From: Takakia lepidozioides
Taxonomy: Eukaryota; Plantae; Bryophyta
NCBI GenBank assembly: GCA_030704615.1
Contig: CM060733.1
Coordinates: 23,188,001 to 23,252,000, forward strand
Direction: 5' to 3'
Length of the DNA: 64,000 nucleotides
In this document: positions 1 through 13,031 of the stretch, one piece after another
Numbering within the stretch: position 1 is the stretch's first letter
Layout: every line of letters begins with the position of its first letter
Notes under the pieces: generated by a model
What the model saw: only the letters and a program-made list of their open reading frames with translations
What the model was told of the DNA's origin: nothing
Database searches by the model: none
Position numbers and translations under genes: made by a program

Positions 1-62
1 CACAAAAGATCGATGCCATAAAGCACAAAGGATCATTATGAGCTCCATGAACAGTTTGGAAA

Positions 63-400
63 GAGGTTAGCTATTTCATGAGCATGAGCGGAGTAGCAAG
101 ACAATCGGTTTTCATGAGCAGAAGTACAAATTTTGGAAATAAAAAACATAAAAAACATTATTTTAATGGAATGTGTCAGAAAAAAAAAACAAATATAATA
201 TTCATTGTTTGAAGTAAAAATTGTAGTTTTGAGAGCCGTGCTCATGATATTTCGTCTTCCGCTCATGCGAATTCCGAGCGACATCTACAAAAATGGCGCC
301 GAATTTCGCGGTAATAGGTTCCGCAACCGGAGAAATCTGCGACGTATTTCACGGTAATAGGTGTCTCCGGCAAAAAATGGTGCCGAATTTTGCGGCTATA
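63..400 (+). mobile_element. Solo terminal fragment (transposase-side end) of the element-2 MULE family
   Basis: GAGGTTAGCTATTTCATGAGCATGAGC at 63 and the following ~340 bp align with the element-2 terminus starting at 56205, including GGCGCCGAATTTCGCGGTAATAGG; similarity stops at ~400. Confidence 0.8.
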
Positions 401-586
401 AATAGCTATACTAAACTCTGAAACAGAGTCGAAGAGCTTAAATTATTGATTATTAAGACTTTGTAGTAAGATTTTTGAGAAACTATCATTATACAAATTT
501 GATGACATATTAGTTGTAGTTAATTTAATTGTCAAGGGAGTCCAGGATACAATTGAGATATAATTATATTCACATGACATGCTCAA

Positions 587-815
587 TTTTTTATTTTATT
601 TATTTTAAAAGGAAACACCTGGGAGCGACAGCTCACAAATCAGGCCCCTTGATAGAGAGAGGAGAAAATAACCTCTCAGTAACCTCGCCATAAGGCTTTC
701 AGATGCAACACCGCGCAGGGAAGGGGGGAGAAGAGCGTACCACACCCATTAAGTAGCAGAATTTGACTCCAGGGTCATCCGGATGGCACTCAGTGTACTT
801 TACCAGCTGAGCTAC
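587..815 (-). mobile_element. tRNA-derived SINE
   Basis: Minus strand starts GTAGCTCAGCTGGTA (A-box), has a B-box-like GGAGTCAAATTC, a non-tRNA body and an (AAAAT)n-like tail at ~587-606. Confidence 0.55.
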
Positions 816-1302
816 TGACTGTTGGTAGTAAAAATTTGAGTAAAAGTGTCAATATTGACAAGTTTGATAACTAGGGCTTCGCATTACTCCGCACTACTAG
901 CCACGAAATCTGAGAACTGCGTTCAATTGGCACAAAAAGAGGCGGGTCATCCCCACGCATATAGTGATTCTTTTGATAATTGGAAATATATACTATGCAG
1001 AAAACATGAGGAACAATGCAAAAGTATAACATAGGCATACCCCTAAGGGGGATTTGAACCCCCTTTTCTGCCCGGTATGCAGACACCCCCCCCCCCCCCC
1101 CCCCCTCCCCCTCCCTCCGTCCCTCCCCAAGCATCAGACATCACATCAAATAACCACCCCATGTAGCTGCACTGATCGCCCTCCCGAAATAAGGAAAGAA
1201 AAAAAAACAAATCGAGAAACCCAAGCCCTCCTTAGGCCTCTCTTAGTCTCCTCAGCACTTGGCGCGCATCCTTCAGGCTCCCGCATTTAGCATACATGTT
1301 CA

Positions 1303-1914
1303 CTAAGGTATTCTCCAAATTAATATATGACCCAGTTCCAGTTTTGATAATGTCAGCATGAACCCTTTACCCTTTTCCAGGGCACATGCATTGAGAATGC
1401 AAATGAAGGTGACCAAATCAGGGGTCACCCCTACCTGTAGCATTTGCTCATAGATCTCAAAAGCTTCCTTACCAAACCCATGCTGAGCATATCCTGCAAT
1501 CATCGCACTCCAGAACAAATCCCATCTTCAAAGTGGTGAAAGCAGTTAGCGTCCCATACAAAAATTGCTCGGCCAACAATCTTTGAGATGAATTTGGTGG
1601 AGGTGTGGCAGTCACCACACACTCGAAGATTCTTGATGTGACGGAGAGGCGTCCTAGGGGTCATGCTGATCAGCCCAAAACCATTGGCCAGCTTCTCACT
1701 GTGGTGGCAAAGAGAAAACTCTTTTTCCTCCTCCCCCATTTCGCAATACAAAGCGCGTGTCAGGCACATACCCCGCCTCCTTCATCTGCCCAGACAATCT
1801 TCTCAGCTCAGCATGGATTTCCTTAATTCTGGGATGCAACTTGTCATATACAATGAAGGTGTGCACCCTGTTGCCAACCTCAATGCAGAAGCGACCTGGC
1901 TCCTGGCTCCTTTC
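1303..1914 (-). pseudogene. 3' part (E+/DYW domain) of a PLS-class PPR-DYW editing-factor pseudogene, followed by a stray PPR motif
   Basis: [47 protein letters not shown]; frameshifted; continues upstream at 13335 beyond element 1. Confidence 0.9.
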
Positions 1915-2149
1915 CAACGACGCTACCGCGTGAGCCTGGCGCGTGAGCGTGTGAGCGTACGCTCACACAATGATGACGTGGCGTGAGCCTACGCTCACGC
2001 TGCTGACATGGCGCTAATGCTGACGTGGCGTGAGCCTGGTCCAGGTCATGCCACGTCACCACAAAGAAGGTGGGCCTATAACCGTGGAGCCCCCAACTGC
2101 TGATTTCACCACATGAAGGTGAAACGGATGAAGGGTTTTGGGCTTCTGG

Positions 2150-2390
2150 AGTTCAACCTTCTGTTAACAGGAGCTTCATTTCGTAGAACTGAAATGAACC
2201 TCGTGTCGACACAAGGGGGATTTGGAGAACTTCAACAAAACCTCGTGTTAACACAAGGTTGTTTTCCTGGAACAAAAATGAACTTCGTGTTGACACGATG
2301 TTGTTTTCTGAGAACTAAAATCATCCTTGTGTCAACACAAGGAGGATTTGGAGAACTTCAAGTAAACCTCGTGTTGAGACGAGGTTGATT
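2150..2390. repeat. Subterminal array of ~5 palindromes AACCTYGTGTYRACACRAGGTT
   Basis: Copies at ~2197, 2239, 2281, 2324 and 2366, spaced ~42 bp; variant of the internal element-1 palindrome. Confidence 0.75.
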
Positions 2391-2568
2391 TGATCATCTG
2401 TCTATCTGAAGGTAGTTTCTTGTGTTTGCTAATGAAAAGAGAATGACAAACCAATGCGACAAATGCATTGACCCACGCATAGCAAATATGTTAGACGTCA
2501 TACATTGAGAGCCACTGGACTTGAACAGTCATTCCATTACAAGTTGTAGTCAAGGAAAACACCGATTT

Positions 2569-5500
2569 TTATGGGCTTGTATCCCGCTGTAGAAGTGTGT
2601 TGACTTCGTTGAAACTCATAGTGGCTTGGTGAATGAAGAAGTCGCGCTTTGGATCACAAACCATCCTTCTCAAGAAGACGAAGTAAAGGTGTTTGCACGG
2701 TATGAACTTCCCTCTCTTTCCCAAACTACTTGAAAGCATACCAACAAAATCTGGACATGTACAATTGGGAAAATTGGAAACAGTGATTTCGTACGTCCTG
2801 TCCTGCAGCGCAGATGCGGATGAGATCATGGTGAAGACCCGACCATACCCTGGATCAGGCACTTCCATTGTTCCCGCAACACGAGCGTGAAGCATTCTGG
2901 CGGACTCAATTTTGCCGTAGTGTTCTGCGGTTGGAGGGAATCGTCGAACAAGCTTCCCGTTCCGTCTGGTTGGCCACAAGTGAGCGTCAGGCGGAGGTAC
3001 CCGTGAACCGCTTCCACTTGAAGCACCTTCACGTGCAATGGAATGTCTGGCTAGGGAGAAACCCGCCTCTTCCAGCATTGCAATCTCTCGATGAGTGAGA
3101 CCTGTGCCCATCTTCACAGGCCACACGGTTGGTGGAGTAGGCTTCCTTACCACGGAAGGCCTCACTGTCCCATGCACACATCTCCCACAATCGTCAGCGC
3201 AGAACCAGAACTTGTGGTTCTTTGCCTCGCCTTGTCCGTAAGGGAGAAACAAACCCGTGAATGTAGGAGCTGCAGTGCGTTCTTTCCCTCTGGATATTAA
3301 TGATGTACATTTTTCATGATTGGTGGCCCTGATCGCCGCGCATTTCACACGCGATCCAGCACTTGTGCGTTCTATATGCCAAACATCGTCCAAGCCCTCA
3401 GACTCGATTATATGCGACACCACGTTCTGGTCTTCAACCATTGCAGTGACAGTGCTTGATGCAGGGGTCCGGTCTGGGGCAGAGTAGCCCTCACCTGTGG
3501 ATGTTCCGCAATTCCATCTCTGATCCAAGGGAACACGTGGCGTCGAGAAGTTGACCCTGTCCGCCCTATGGGAATCTGCATCCGATCCCGGAGGGGTGTC
3601 CAATTTCCGTTTGCAAGACCCGAATCTCTCTTCGCCTTCCAGATGGGGAACTCTTCCCACGAGAGGGGTGCCATCTGCACATATGCTCACTGCCCGCGCT
3701 ATTTTGCTAGGATCCCCTGATCTTCCAGCTGCCCGCAACATCAACTCGCTCCTGTCCGGACCTTTGCCACCAAGGCCACCCCTCAAGAATGACCTGTATC
3801 TGGTTTGCTGCTGTAGAGCACGAATAAGGTCATCGGCCGTCGCTGCATACAAATCTCTCCCTTTTTTGCCGGATTGCTGCAACCAGGCATTGTGCACTGT
3901 CTCCGCAAGATTGCAAGAAGGCATGTCCGCCATCTCCTCAATGGACATATGCTGCAAGGCAAAAAAACACAAAGCCCATATTAGAGTTGGACCCTGAAAG
4001 ATATATTGGAAGCACCCAAACAAACTTTTGAATGCAAACCACTCACCGTTGTCATGGCCGCTCCCCACTGTCGGTAACGGAAGTGCCAAAATGCGAACCA
4101 GTCTTGCAGTGCCCTCATGCTGTCCTCCGATGCCGCTCCAGATGAGTACCACCAGGCACGAATTGTCTGGAACAATGTATTCGCTTCCCCCATAGTTTTG
4201 GCGTCTTTGTACTGTTTGCACAGTTGACGATGCATACTCTGCATATCTGGCTTGATGTACGTCTTTGTGTGTTTGTCGAGGGATTGTGTCCAATGGAAAA
4301 GACACGTACGTTCTCTTCCAGGCATTGGCACTTTTGGATCTCCCGACCCGAACACAATGCGGACAGCGTTGAAGTTAGCTTGAGCACTATCGGCCATGAA
4401 ACCAACGAAATTGGGAGATGGGAGACCATTGGAGGCCATAACACGAATGAGAGCTTCCCACATGAGCTGCTGTGAATCTGTGTCCTCTGACTGCATGTCA
4501 CACACTGCAATTGTCATGACCCGCTGGTACACAGGGTCGTAAACATGACATGCCATTGTGGTCCAGTCTTTAACTCTCTTGACATGATCGAACATAAGGA
4601 AGCAGTTGCCAAGATCGCCACCCTTCTGCATACGTTTAACCAGGCTGACCCCGCTGCCCTCACCTTTTGTGGACATTTTGAACAAGAACACTTTCCTGGC
4701 TCCTTGTCCCGGGAAAACGCTGTCTTGGATGTAGTCGTACATGCTCCTTTTCTTCAAATCCATAATATTGTCCATATAACCTCGGCTCCCAGAGCCCATT
4801 CTTAAAGCGTTCACCTGATTCCTAATGTTTGGAGAAGTCAAAGCAGAGAAATGGTCCATAACAGTGTCCAAAGCTGGTCCTTCCAGCATTCCTCCAACCG
4901 AATTTGATGCACACAGAATACGGCTTTCCAGAAAGGACTTGCTCGCCCCCATGGCAATTGCAGATGTGGTGCCAGTTGGATTGGTATCCAACTCTTGCCT
5001 TATCAGACGAGAGACTGTGTCAACGCTCTCCCTATAATCCCCCTTGGACACAGGGTGGTTGTGAAAACCGAAATGGACACAGGCTCTAGTCAGGTTTTTG
5101 AATCGATGCACCACATAATACATTCTGGCGCCACACAAAGCAAGGCAGCAAGGTGGTACCCTACAGAACTTGCACACAAAAGTGTTACTGTATGGTGGTG
5201 TTACCCCAGGCTTGAATGGATTCTCACTGACTCCATCCCATTCGCTTTGGTTTTGCACACCTGACAATGCGAAGTGTCTGCATTTCATGTTCTCGCATTT
5301 CAGGTGCCCATTACAGACTGTTCGCCTGAATATGAGGTTGTCGTTGTTGTGAATATTGGATGTTTTTGTGCGGCACCAAGGGTGCCCATCGTGCTTTTTG
5401 TCCATTCCTTCCAGGAGACTGGAAATCCCCCCACGCGACCAGGAGGAGGCAGCTCAAAAACAGTATTACCATCAAACGATTCCGGCAAGAATGCCACCCT

Positions 5501-6073
5501 TTCAATATTGAAAGTGCTCCAGTCTATCCCCCTCAACTCACTCTTGAATCCTGCCATCCCACCCATCGCTTTCAATTTAGGAATGACACTGGAGATCTCC
5601 TCCACATCTGGTTCTACATGTGGACATGGCTGATCCACAGGCGGAATTGCACATGTGTCATCGGAGGATGAGTCCGAAAGGTCAACTACAGTGTTAACGG
5701 CAGTCGCCTCCTTCTTCACAACCACTGGTGTCTTCTCCTGGGCCACTGATGCTGCCGTGCCAGGAGTTACGAACGATCCTGCAGACTGTCTCAGAGGAGC
5801 ACTGAGCACCCTGTATCTGCCTGGAGGCACTCTCCATTGCGTGGTTGGTGCAGTTTGCGATGGTTTCTGGAACGCGTACTTGAGCAGTTTTCCATTGGCA
5901 TCGTACACTTCCCTCTGAAGGAATAGACTACCATTTTCCAACCGAAACTGCGTTGCGAGGACGAGTTCATGAACCACCGCAAAACCATCATCTTCCACCT
6001 CGTAAGAAAATGGAACAGGGTGGTCGTCACTGAAGAAGTCCGCGTCAAGGGAGCCCACAGCCTGGGAAGCCAT
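2569..6073 (-). CDS. MULE transposase with N-terminal WRKY/GCM-type Zn finger, DDE core and C-terminal SWIM finger (one frameshift near 5410, intron ~3958-4046)
   Basis: DGHPWCRTKTSN..CNGHLKC..C..HFGFHNHP; FDHVKR (D1), FMADSAQ (D2), RTCLFHW (CxxH), CNLAETVH (E); SWIM CTCPDF..CKHLY. Confidence 0.88.
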
Positions 6074-6828
6074 ATGTCGATGTTGCTACAGAAAGTACAG
6101 TTCAAAGTCCGATGGTGCTTCTGAATGCAGGTTGTGTGAGAGTGGAGTTTTGGCGTCCTCATACACAATTGTTCTCTCAGAATTGCCCCACCAGTGCAAT
6201 AGCTGACAGATTCACTGACAGAGCCGCCAATGTCGTTGTCATGTCAGGGAGGCCAGAAGAGATGCCCATTTCCATTAAATTTTGACGGCGACTGCACCGC
6301 TGCACAACTGAATATAATTCTCATTCCTCTGGAACATTCCACCCTAAATTACCCAACAATGAATTTTTTCAGATGAGAGTCGATTACACCCTAACGATTT
6401 TTGGATGGATGATGTTTGAATGATATCTGCCGTTATACATAGGGTTAGACCCCAACGAATTTTGTAAGGATGATGATTCATTGATCTCCGCCGTTAAACA
6501 TAGGGGTAGAGATACCCCGATTACATTTTTGGAAGGATGATGTTTCAATAATTCCGGCCGTTTTACATAACGACTACATAGACACGTGTTCGCCATGCAT
6601 GTGGATTGAGTCGGTGGCGCACTGAACGGTCCGAGCGAACATCTTGGCGTTGAAGGCCCCGCGATGAACCTCAGATAGTGTTCGTTTTTCCTGAGTAACT
6701 CATTTTCTTTGCAACCCTGGATTCCGCAGAGACGGTGTCCCTACTTCGAGGGAGAAGCAGGCGTCGAAGAACACTGTATTTCACGTCAAACAAGGAAAGG
6801 GCACGCGCTAAGGAGAGGATGAGAAAGG

Positions 6829-9800
6829 CGAGACGGGAGCTTAGAATGGGAGAAGAAACCCCGCGAGATGAGGAAGAGGAAGGGCAAAAGAGGATACGGC
6901 AACCGCAGTGTGGAGAGGAAGGTCTTGAAGTGATCCAGGAGGCGACAGACGAGCAACCTGCAATCGAAGGAGGGGATGAGGAGGAAGTAAGCTGGGCTCG
7001 GGAGGAAGCAGTGAGTGTACAGAACCTGGCCTTCAAAGACCAGGGAGAACAAACGGACGTAGGAACGCGGCCGTCTGCCCCTGTTTCGCACCATCGCGAC
7101 CTCCTTGGAAGCATGCTACCTGAAGACCGCATGGAAAAATTGAACGCGACAGGAGCATCATCAAGTGCAAAGCAGAAACCCCAGGTAGCTACGAACTTTC
7201 TTTTTCTCTCTCTGTTTCTGTCTTTTTCTCTCTCTGTTTCATGCTAAGCATTGAGGACGACATCAACCTTGCGTCAACGCAAGGTTGAAGTCGACCTCCA
7301 AAGTGTATTTGCTGGGCTCAAATCAGTGCAGATACTGCACCACAATCTGTACTGTTTCATGCTAAGCATTGAGGTGGACATCAACCTTGCGTCAACGCAA
7401 GGTTGAAGTCGACCTCAATGCTTTTTTGCTGGGCATTAAACAGTGTAGAAACTGCACTACAATCAAGGTAGAGAGACATGGATGCTTCCGACGCATCATG
7501 GATTTCAAAGACGAAGCAGAGACAGGAGTCTCCATTTACTGTACATTTTTGCTTTGCTGAACCCCGATAAGACAGCTCGCAATCAACCTTGCGTCAACGC
7601 AAGGTTGATCCCAACCTGCATATTGTATGTTTAGAGCTTGTAGTGAAACCAACAGAGGCTGCACAGGAATCAACCTTGCGTTGACGCAAGGCTGGTTTTC
7701 ATGATAGCTTTGCACAATGGATGCGTCCGATATCCCACTCTCCTCACTGTAAGGTAGGGAAAGTTCATTCTTCGAGGCTCCCAAAAGAACCCTGCGTCAA
7801 CGCAAAACATAATTTGGGTCCAAACGTCTTTCCTGTATGCCTTTCAGTCTAAGTTACTTCCCCATCAATCAACCTTGCGTCAAAGCAAGGTTGATGCATG
7901 GGAGCTCAATCTCACACTCACAGATTATTAATTCTGTGCAGAGGAAAAGAAAAAGGAAAGCCGAGGGGGAAGATTTGGCCGCTTCAGAAGGTGAAGGTGA
8001 TGAAGAGTCACTGGAGGGACACTATGAAGACAAGGCCGAGGAGATAATGGGTGGGCAAAAAGTGAACTCGTCGAAGGTGATTCTGTCGATGGAGGTTCCC
8101 GGCGGAAACCTGGTCATTCCGCTTTGCAGGATGATCTCCATGCCCGCTGTTCGACCGGCATTGAGGAATGATATAACAAAGTTGAAGAACGACTTTGTTC
8201 ACGGCTATGTGAAGGGATCAGCAGTGTTCTACGTATCCACTATGAACACAAAAGGAGAGGAGTGTCTTGTAACAGAGGACATTGAGCAAAGTTGGGATGA
8301 ATGCTGGCGGGATGTGAACAGGGAGTTCGAGTTCAAGCTGTCGAAGAAGACCTCCACAAAAGCATTCATGGGGAAGATGTTTTTTGTCTGGGATGGGAAC
8401 CACAGACTGCTTGCCTGGATGGATTACATTTCAAGCATGCACTCTGACGACATCGAATGGCACTGGAGCGTGGTTTCCATGGTTCTGGATCACAAAGGGC
8501 ATGTCACGCAGCTCTTGACAGCCATGCACGACATAAATAAGTAAGTCTCCATCTTTGTGTCTGTTCCTCGTTTCGACAATTAGAAATCATCTTATGAGTT
8601 GACGGTTTTTCCAGGTCCAACGAAACATCTCATGTGACCACCAATCTGTGCCACACTCTATTCCGCATCCAGAAGGTAGGGCTGATGCCACTGGAGTCAT
8701 TCACAAACGTGCTTAGTCCACAGCAGATGAAGAGGTGTGCTGAGAAGAAGACAAGCACATGGTATAGCTTGACAAGGGAGGCTTTCCTTGACTACATGTA
8801 CACTGTAAGCTTCTTGACACTGCTTGCTTTTTGACACTGCAAGCTTCTTGACACTACCTGTTGTTACTATTTTCTCACAAGTACTGACAGTGTTTCATTC
8901 TTTTTACCTGCAATGTATGCAGCAAGAAATAGCAGAAACTGGCTTGAAGGCGAAAGCTGAGTACTATGATTCCCACACTGAAGAGCAGCGGTCTGCATCT
9001 GGGCTTGAGGACACGATGAAGTTCGAGATGAATAATCAAAGGAAGAATCTCATGAGTGCATTCGACAAACAAATCAGGATAGCAGATCCAGGGCTTGGCA
9101 CAGAATTTCTGGAGCAGGTGAAAGTGCACTATGACAAGTTTGGCTCCAAGCCAGAAATGACTCAGGAGAAACTACATCGCCTTTCCATTTCAATGGTGGA
9201 CAATGCAACGAAAATCAGGTGGTTGGAGATATGGAACTCGGATCCTCTTGTGAGAGACACGAATATGTTTCCAACTCCAGAGAGAGACCCGAAGACACAA
9301 GCAATAAAAGTTGTAAGCGACCAGACATTCGACCAGTGGCTACACAAAGCCACATTTTGGAGCCAGGTAAGGATACCACCAAACCATTTTCAGACATGTG
9401 TGTTGCTCCGTAATTCCGCTCCCAACCTCTCCAAATGTCTTACAAGCTTTCTTGATGCAGTTAGAAAAACGTGCAGTGGCTGCACTTGCTGAGTCGATGG
9501 CAGACTACAAAATCCAGATGGCTTGCCCCCGGATCACACTGGAGGCCTATATCAGGAGGTGGAAGCTCGCTGTCTGGAACAATTGCTTCTTCAGGGAGTT
9601 TGAAAAAGACAAAGGAATCTCCAGATCGTACGAGTTCAAAAACCAGCTGAACAGCGAGCAAGCAATGAAACGAGTGTTGTACAGGTGTGATCTCCTTACT
9701 CAATTGTGGTACTTGAAGGGCATGCATCTGCAATCTTCTGTCATACTTTCAGATTTGCGAATTTGCGTGGCTTTGAGGGATCTCTGGGGGCTCTGAATGT

Positions 9801-12674
9801 GCTGTCCAGCAACATTGCGTTGACGCAAAGTTGTTTCCCATGGTCCTGGTTTCACTTACCTATATCTGGGTATCCCATACTGGCGTTTTATTGCATGTGA
9901 ATGGGGGTGAATGGACAGGAAAATCAGCCTTGCGTCAACGCAATGTTGATGAGACGCAGACTATGTACCTTTTCCTCTGGTTTGGGGCAGTTCAAATCCA
10001 GATCCAATTCTTTCAACTTGAACATAACAATGTTTGGAGTCTATTTCAAATGCTATTTTCAGCTTTCACTATGCCAACAAACAGACTTGCGTTGACGCAA
10101 GGTTGTTTGGCGGTATGGATTGATGGAAATGTCCCTGTGCATCCCCCAACTTCCATGCAATTGTAGGAGACTTTCGATTATCAGATATATTATCAATGTT
10201 TGTTTCAACAGAGGAATTCAGCATTGCGCCAACGCAATGTTGAATATCCATAGCAGTACATAGTCAGATGGTGGTTTTCAGGCATTGTTCCCCATTTCAT
10301 CTATGTGTGAAAACAACATTGCGTTGACGCAATGTTGTATTGCACTTGTCAGTCGTTGTCTCTATCAATACAGCGTAACCACTAGGTGTTTCCCATTTCT
10401 GCTCGAATCAACATTGCGTCAACGCAAGGTTGATTCTGGACAGCAAAAGTTGATTACCAGGTGTTCCCTTCCTTTATTTCAATATCTTCTTCTGAATGTC
10501 TGTTCTTTTCCATTTTCCGATTGACTGACTGTCTGGGTTTTTGGTGTTTGATTCAGGTATATGTATCATATCCTCATACCGGGAAAGTACCTTAGCGATG
10601 ACCCAGACTTCATCTATTCATGGGCTGACCCCTCCAATGAGAAGACAATGTACACGGCTGGTATTGCCAGAGACTGGAGCAGGGCGCACTTCAGAGACTG
10701 TGGGTGGTACCTCGACCTGCCAAAACAGGACACACCATTCGATGAAGTTGTTTTGAGAAACCTGAACGACAATGCCGCAGCGATTGCCCCATTGGCAGAC
10801 AAAGACATTCAGGACAGAATCATTTCTACTCTGGCTGCAAAAGAGCCCGAGAGAACTGCCACTCCAAAACGAAAGGGGAAGACTGTCGGGGATCCTAAGG
10901 GGAAGGGGAAAAGTGCAGCTCCGCAAGGACAGGGACCGTCAGAGGTTCCTGTCAGAGAGCCTTCTCCCGCAAGGAGGGATAGGAGAACATCAAAGTCGAG
11001 GGAGCAGCCTTACGAGGCGAGAGAACATCCCTCCAGGGTTTTGGGCCAGTTCAATCGTAGGGTGCTGAATGAAAGTTTTCTTGCAATGATGGAGTCCAGG
11101 AAGTCCACATTCAAAGGGGTGCCCTCGAAATCATGGGACATGCTTGTTTCGTTCCTCACTCAGGTAAACACTTGTGTCTAAACTGTTGTATGAATAATTG
11201 TGTTTTGGCATCTTGTTGTGGCTTTTCCAGGGGATTGATCTCCTGCTCGATTTGGATTGGGCTTCTTACACTGTCTCCTGTTTTTCCCTGTAGGTGACAA
11301 AAAAACCGGAATGGGTGAATGGAGTTCAGCAGGCATACGCGACTGACCTTGTGGTGCTGGACATTCCTGACGGTTATCCCGTCCCTGATGTGTTCCCTTC
11401 CAATTCGACCCCGACTTGGAACAAATCGGATTCTCGTTATTGGCAGTGGGCTTTCTCGTTCAGCAACAAATTCCTTTCGGACTCGGGGGCTCTTCTTCTC
11501 ATGCAGTCAAAGGACATGTCGGCTCGAAGAACTCTTTTCAGCTACATGAAAGCCTCCGGGTTTCGTGTCATCAAAACTTGGACATGCATCAATACTCTGC
11601 CTCTTACGAAGGGCGAGTTCCCGGGGCAGAAAGTGAGTTGGTTCCTTTCAATTCATGTTTCGTTGTTTTTTCGGTAAATAAAAATGCTGGGTTATGCCTT
11701 CTGTCTCATGCTCTCTTCCTCATTGTTGACAGACACGGGTGTTCGAAGCTTTGTGCCTGGTGAGGCGGAAGGACACTCTTCCTCCTGGTGTTGCTGAGTT
11801 CCAGATGAGGGACCTTGCAGCTCATATTGACCCCACCTGCGAGCCTATGGAGGATGATGTTCTCTTCAATTACGTGGACTCGGGTCGAACTATGAAAAGG
11901 TCGATTGGTGTCCCTTGGAGAGGTGCACGGGAGAAATCTCCAGCTTTCATGCAGACTTTGGTGGAGACATGCAGCCGTCATGGTGGACGAGTGGTCGACT
12001 TGTCTATGGGCACAGGTGGGGCACTTTACATTGTGATTGACATATGGGCAGTAACCTTAGGGAAACCCTGTTTTCATTTCTCGTTCTTCTTGGATTTGCA
12101 GGAGCATGTTTTCATGCTTGCAAGAGCGCCGGAAGGCACTTCTTCGGCATGGAAGCTGATACGGAGCTCTTCTCGAGCGAGCTTCGTCAGCTTGAGTCGG
12201 ACACTACTTCTACCCCATCCAAAGAGGGACTTCTGGAGGAGCCCGAAGCGCCTGACGAGGATCTGGACGTTGACTCCGATTTTGAGTGTGAGTAAGTTCT
12301 TCTGTAGTCGTTCAAAATATGTGGCATTTCCTTGTGTCGTTCCCGTTCGAAAAAATTGCGTAACATTGTCTATATCTGGATGTTAACATCTGCCACCATT
12401 TCTCTTGTTCCTTTCCAGAGTTCTGCACCAGTCATTGAATCAGCAGACACCTTTCGGATTCCAAGGATACTACATGTCCCCGAGTCCCCCTAGATCCAAC
12501 CGCTTGCCGGTTTACGCGGAAGCTTGCGCACGGGTGTTATCCGAACAAACACTGTATTCGCATCTCCATAAAGGTCGTGGAAAAAAAAAACGTCATGTAT
12601 GTGCTGCTGTATTCATAGATGATATTGCTATTAACTCTGGCAGTGGTTCCTCTGAAACCTCCAATATTTCTTGA
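6829..12674 (+). CDS. Multi-exon gene: acidic N-terminus + ParB/Srx-like domain + helical region + beta-class N6A/N4C DNA-methyltransferase-like domain (start and exon limits approximate)
   Basis: Exons ~7942-8541 (IPLCRM..VRP..FFVWDGNHRLLAW), 8614-8805, ~8914-9366, 9461-~9720, 10557-11163, 11294-11632 (DLVVLDIPDGY..W..F..L.DSG), 11732-12015 (REKSPAFMQTLVETCS..GGRVVDLSMGT), 12101-12288 (GACFHACKSAGRHFFGMEAD); paralogue in element 2. Confidence 0.75.
7260..7895. repeat. Cluster of palindromes AACCTTGCGTCAACGCAAGGTT in a predicted intron, within a ~115-bp local duplication
   Basis: Copies at 7265, 7383, 7585, 7672, ~7788 and 7871. Confidence 0.85.
9810..10435. repeat. Second intronic cluster of the element-1 palindrome
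   Basis: Copies at 9811, ~9926, ~10083, ~10221, ~10315 and 10410. Confidence 0.85.
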
Positions 12675-12809
12675 CGGTTCAAGTACTGAGGCTGAATAAA
12701 TTGTGTTTTGGCTTTGCTTCCATCCCATACTGTTTTTCAAGTTCTCTGCGCGTTCCCGTAAGTACAGTTAGGGATTGCCTACGGTATTTCTTCGGAGTGC
12801 GGAATTGAA

Positions 12810-13031
12810 AAATGTTTGTGTGTTGGAGTGAATGTACTGCTTTGCCAAAAAAACATTTTTTCTTTTCAGATTCAGTTCTGTAGTGGGCGATCTCCTCATT
12901 CCAAAGTCAGGATCTCCCACAAATGTTTGTGTGTTGGAGTGAATGTACTGCTTTGCCAAAAAAACATTTTTTCTTTTCAGATTCAGTTCTGTAGTGGGCG
13001 ATCTCCTCATTCCAAAGTCAGGATCTCCCAC
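12810..13031 (+). repeat. Tandem duplication, 2 x 111 bp, in the element-1 subterminal region
   Basis: AAATGTTTGTGTGTTGGAG...TCTCCCAC starts at 12810 and 12921. Confidence 0.9.

Noticed and set aside
745-815. Functional tRNA gene
   Set aside because: B-box degenerate and no convincing cloverleaf; continues into a body and A-rich tail, so called a SINE
1500-1770. U-to-C (DYW:KP-type) editing domain or an intact editing factor
   Set aside because: Motifs look like canonical HSEKLA/CGDCH, the terminal DYW is missing and the gene is interrupted and frameshifted
7260-10435. Palindromes as CRISPR repeats or bacterial REP elements
   Set aside because: Irregular spacing, both orientations, confined to predicted introns of a TE gene
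6829-12674. Bacterial contamination as source of the ParB-MTase gene
   Set aside because: Has GT-AG introns conserved between two copies and lies inside a TSD-flanked element inserted in a plant PPR gene
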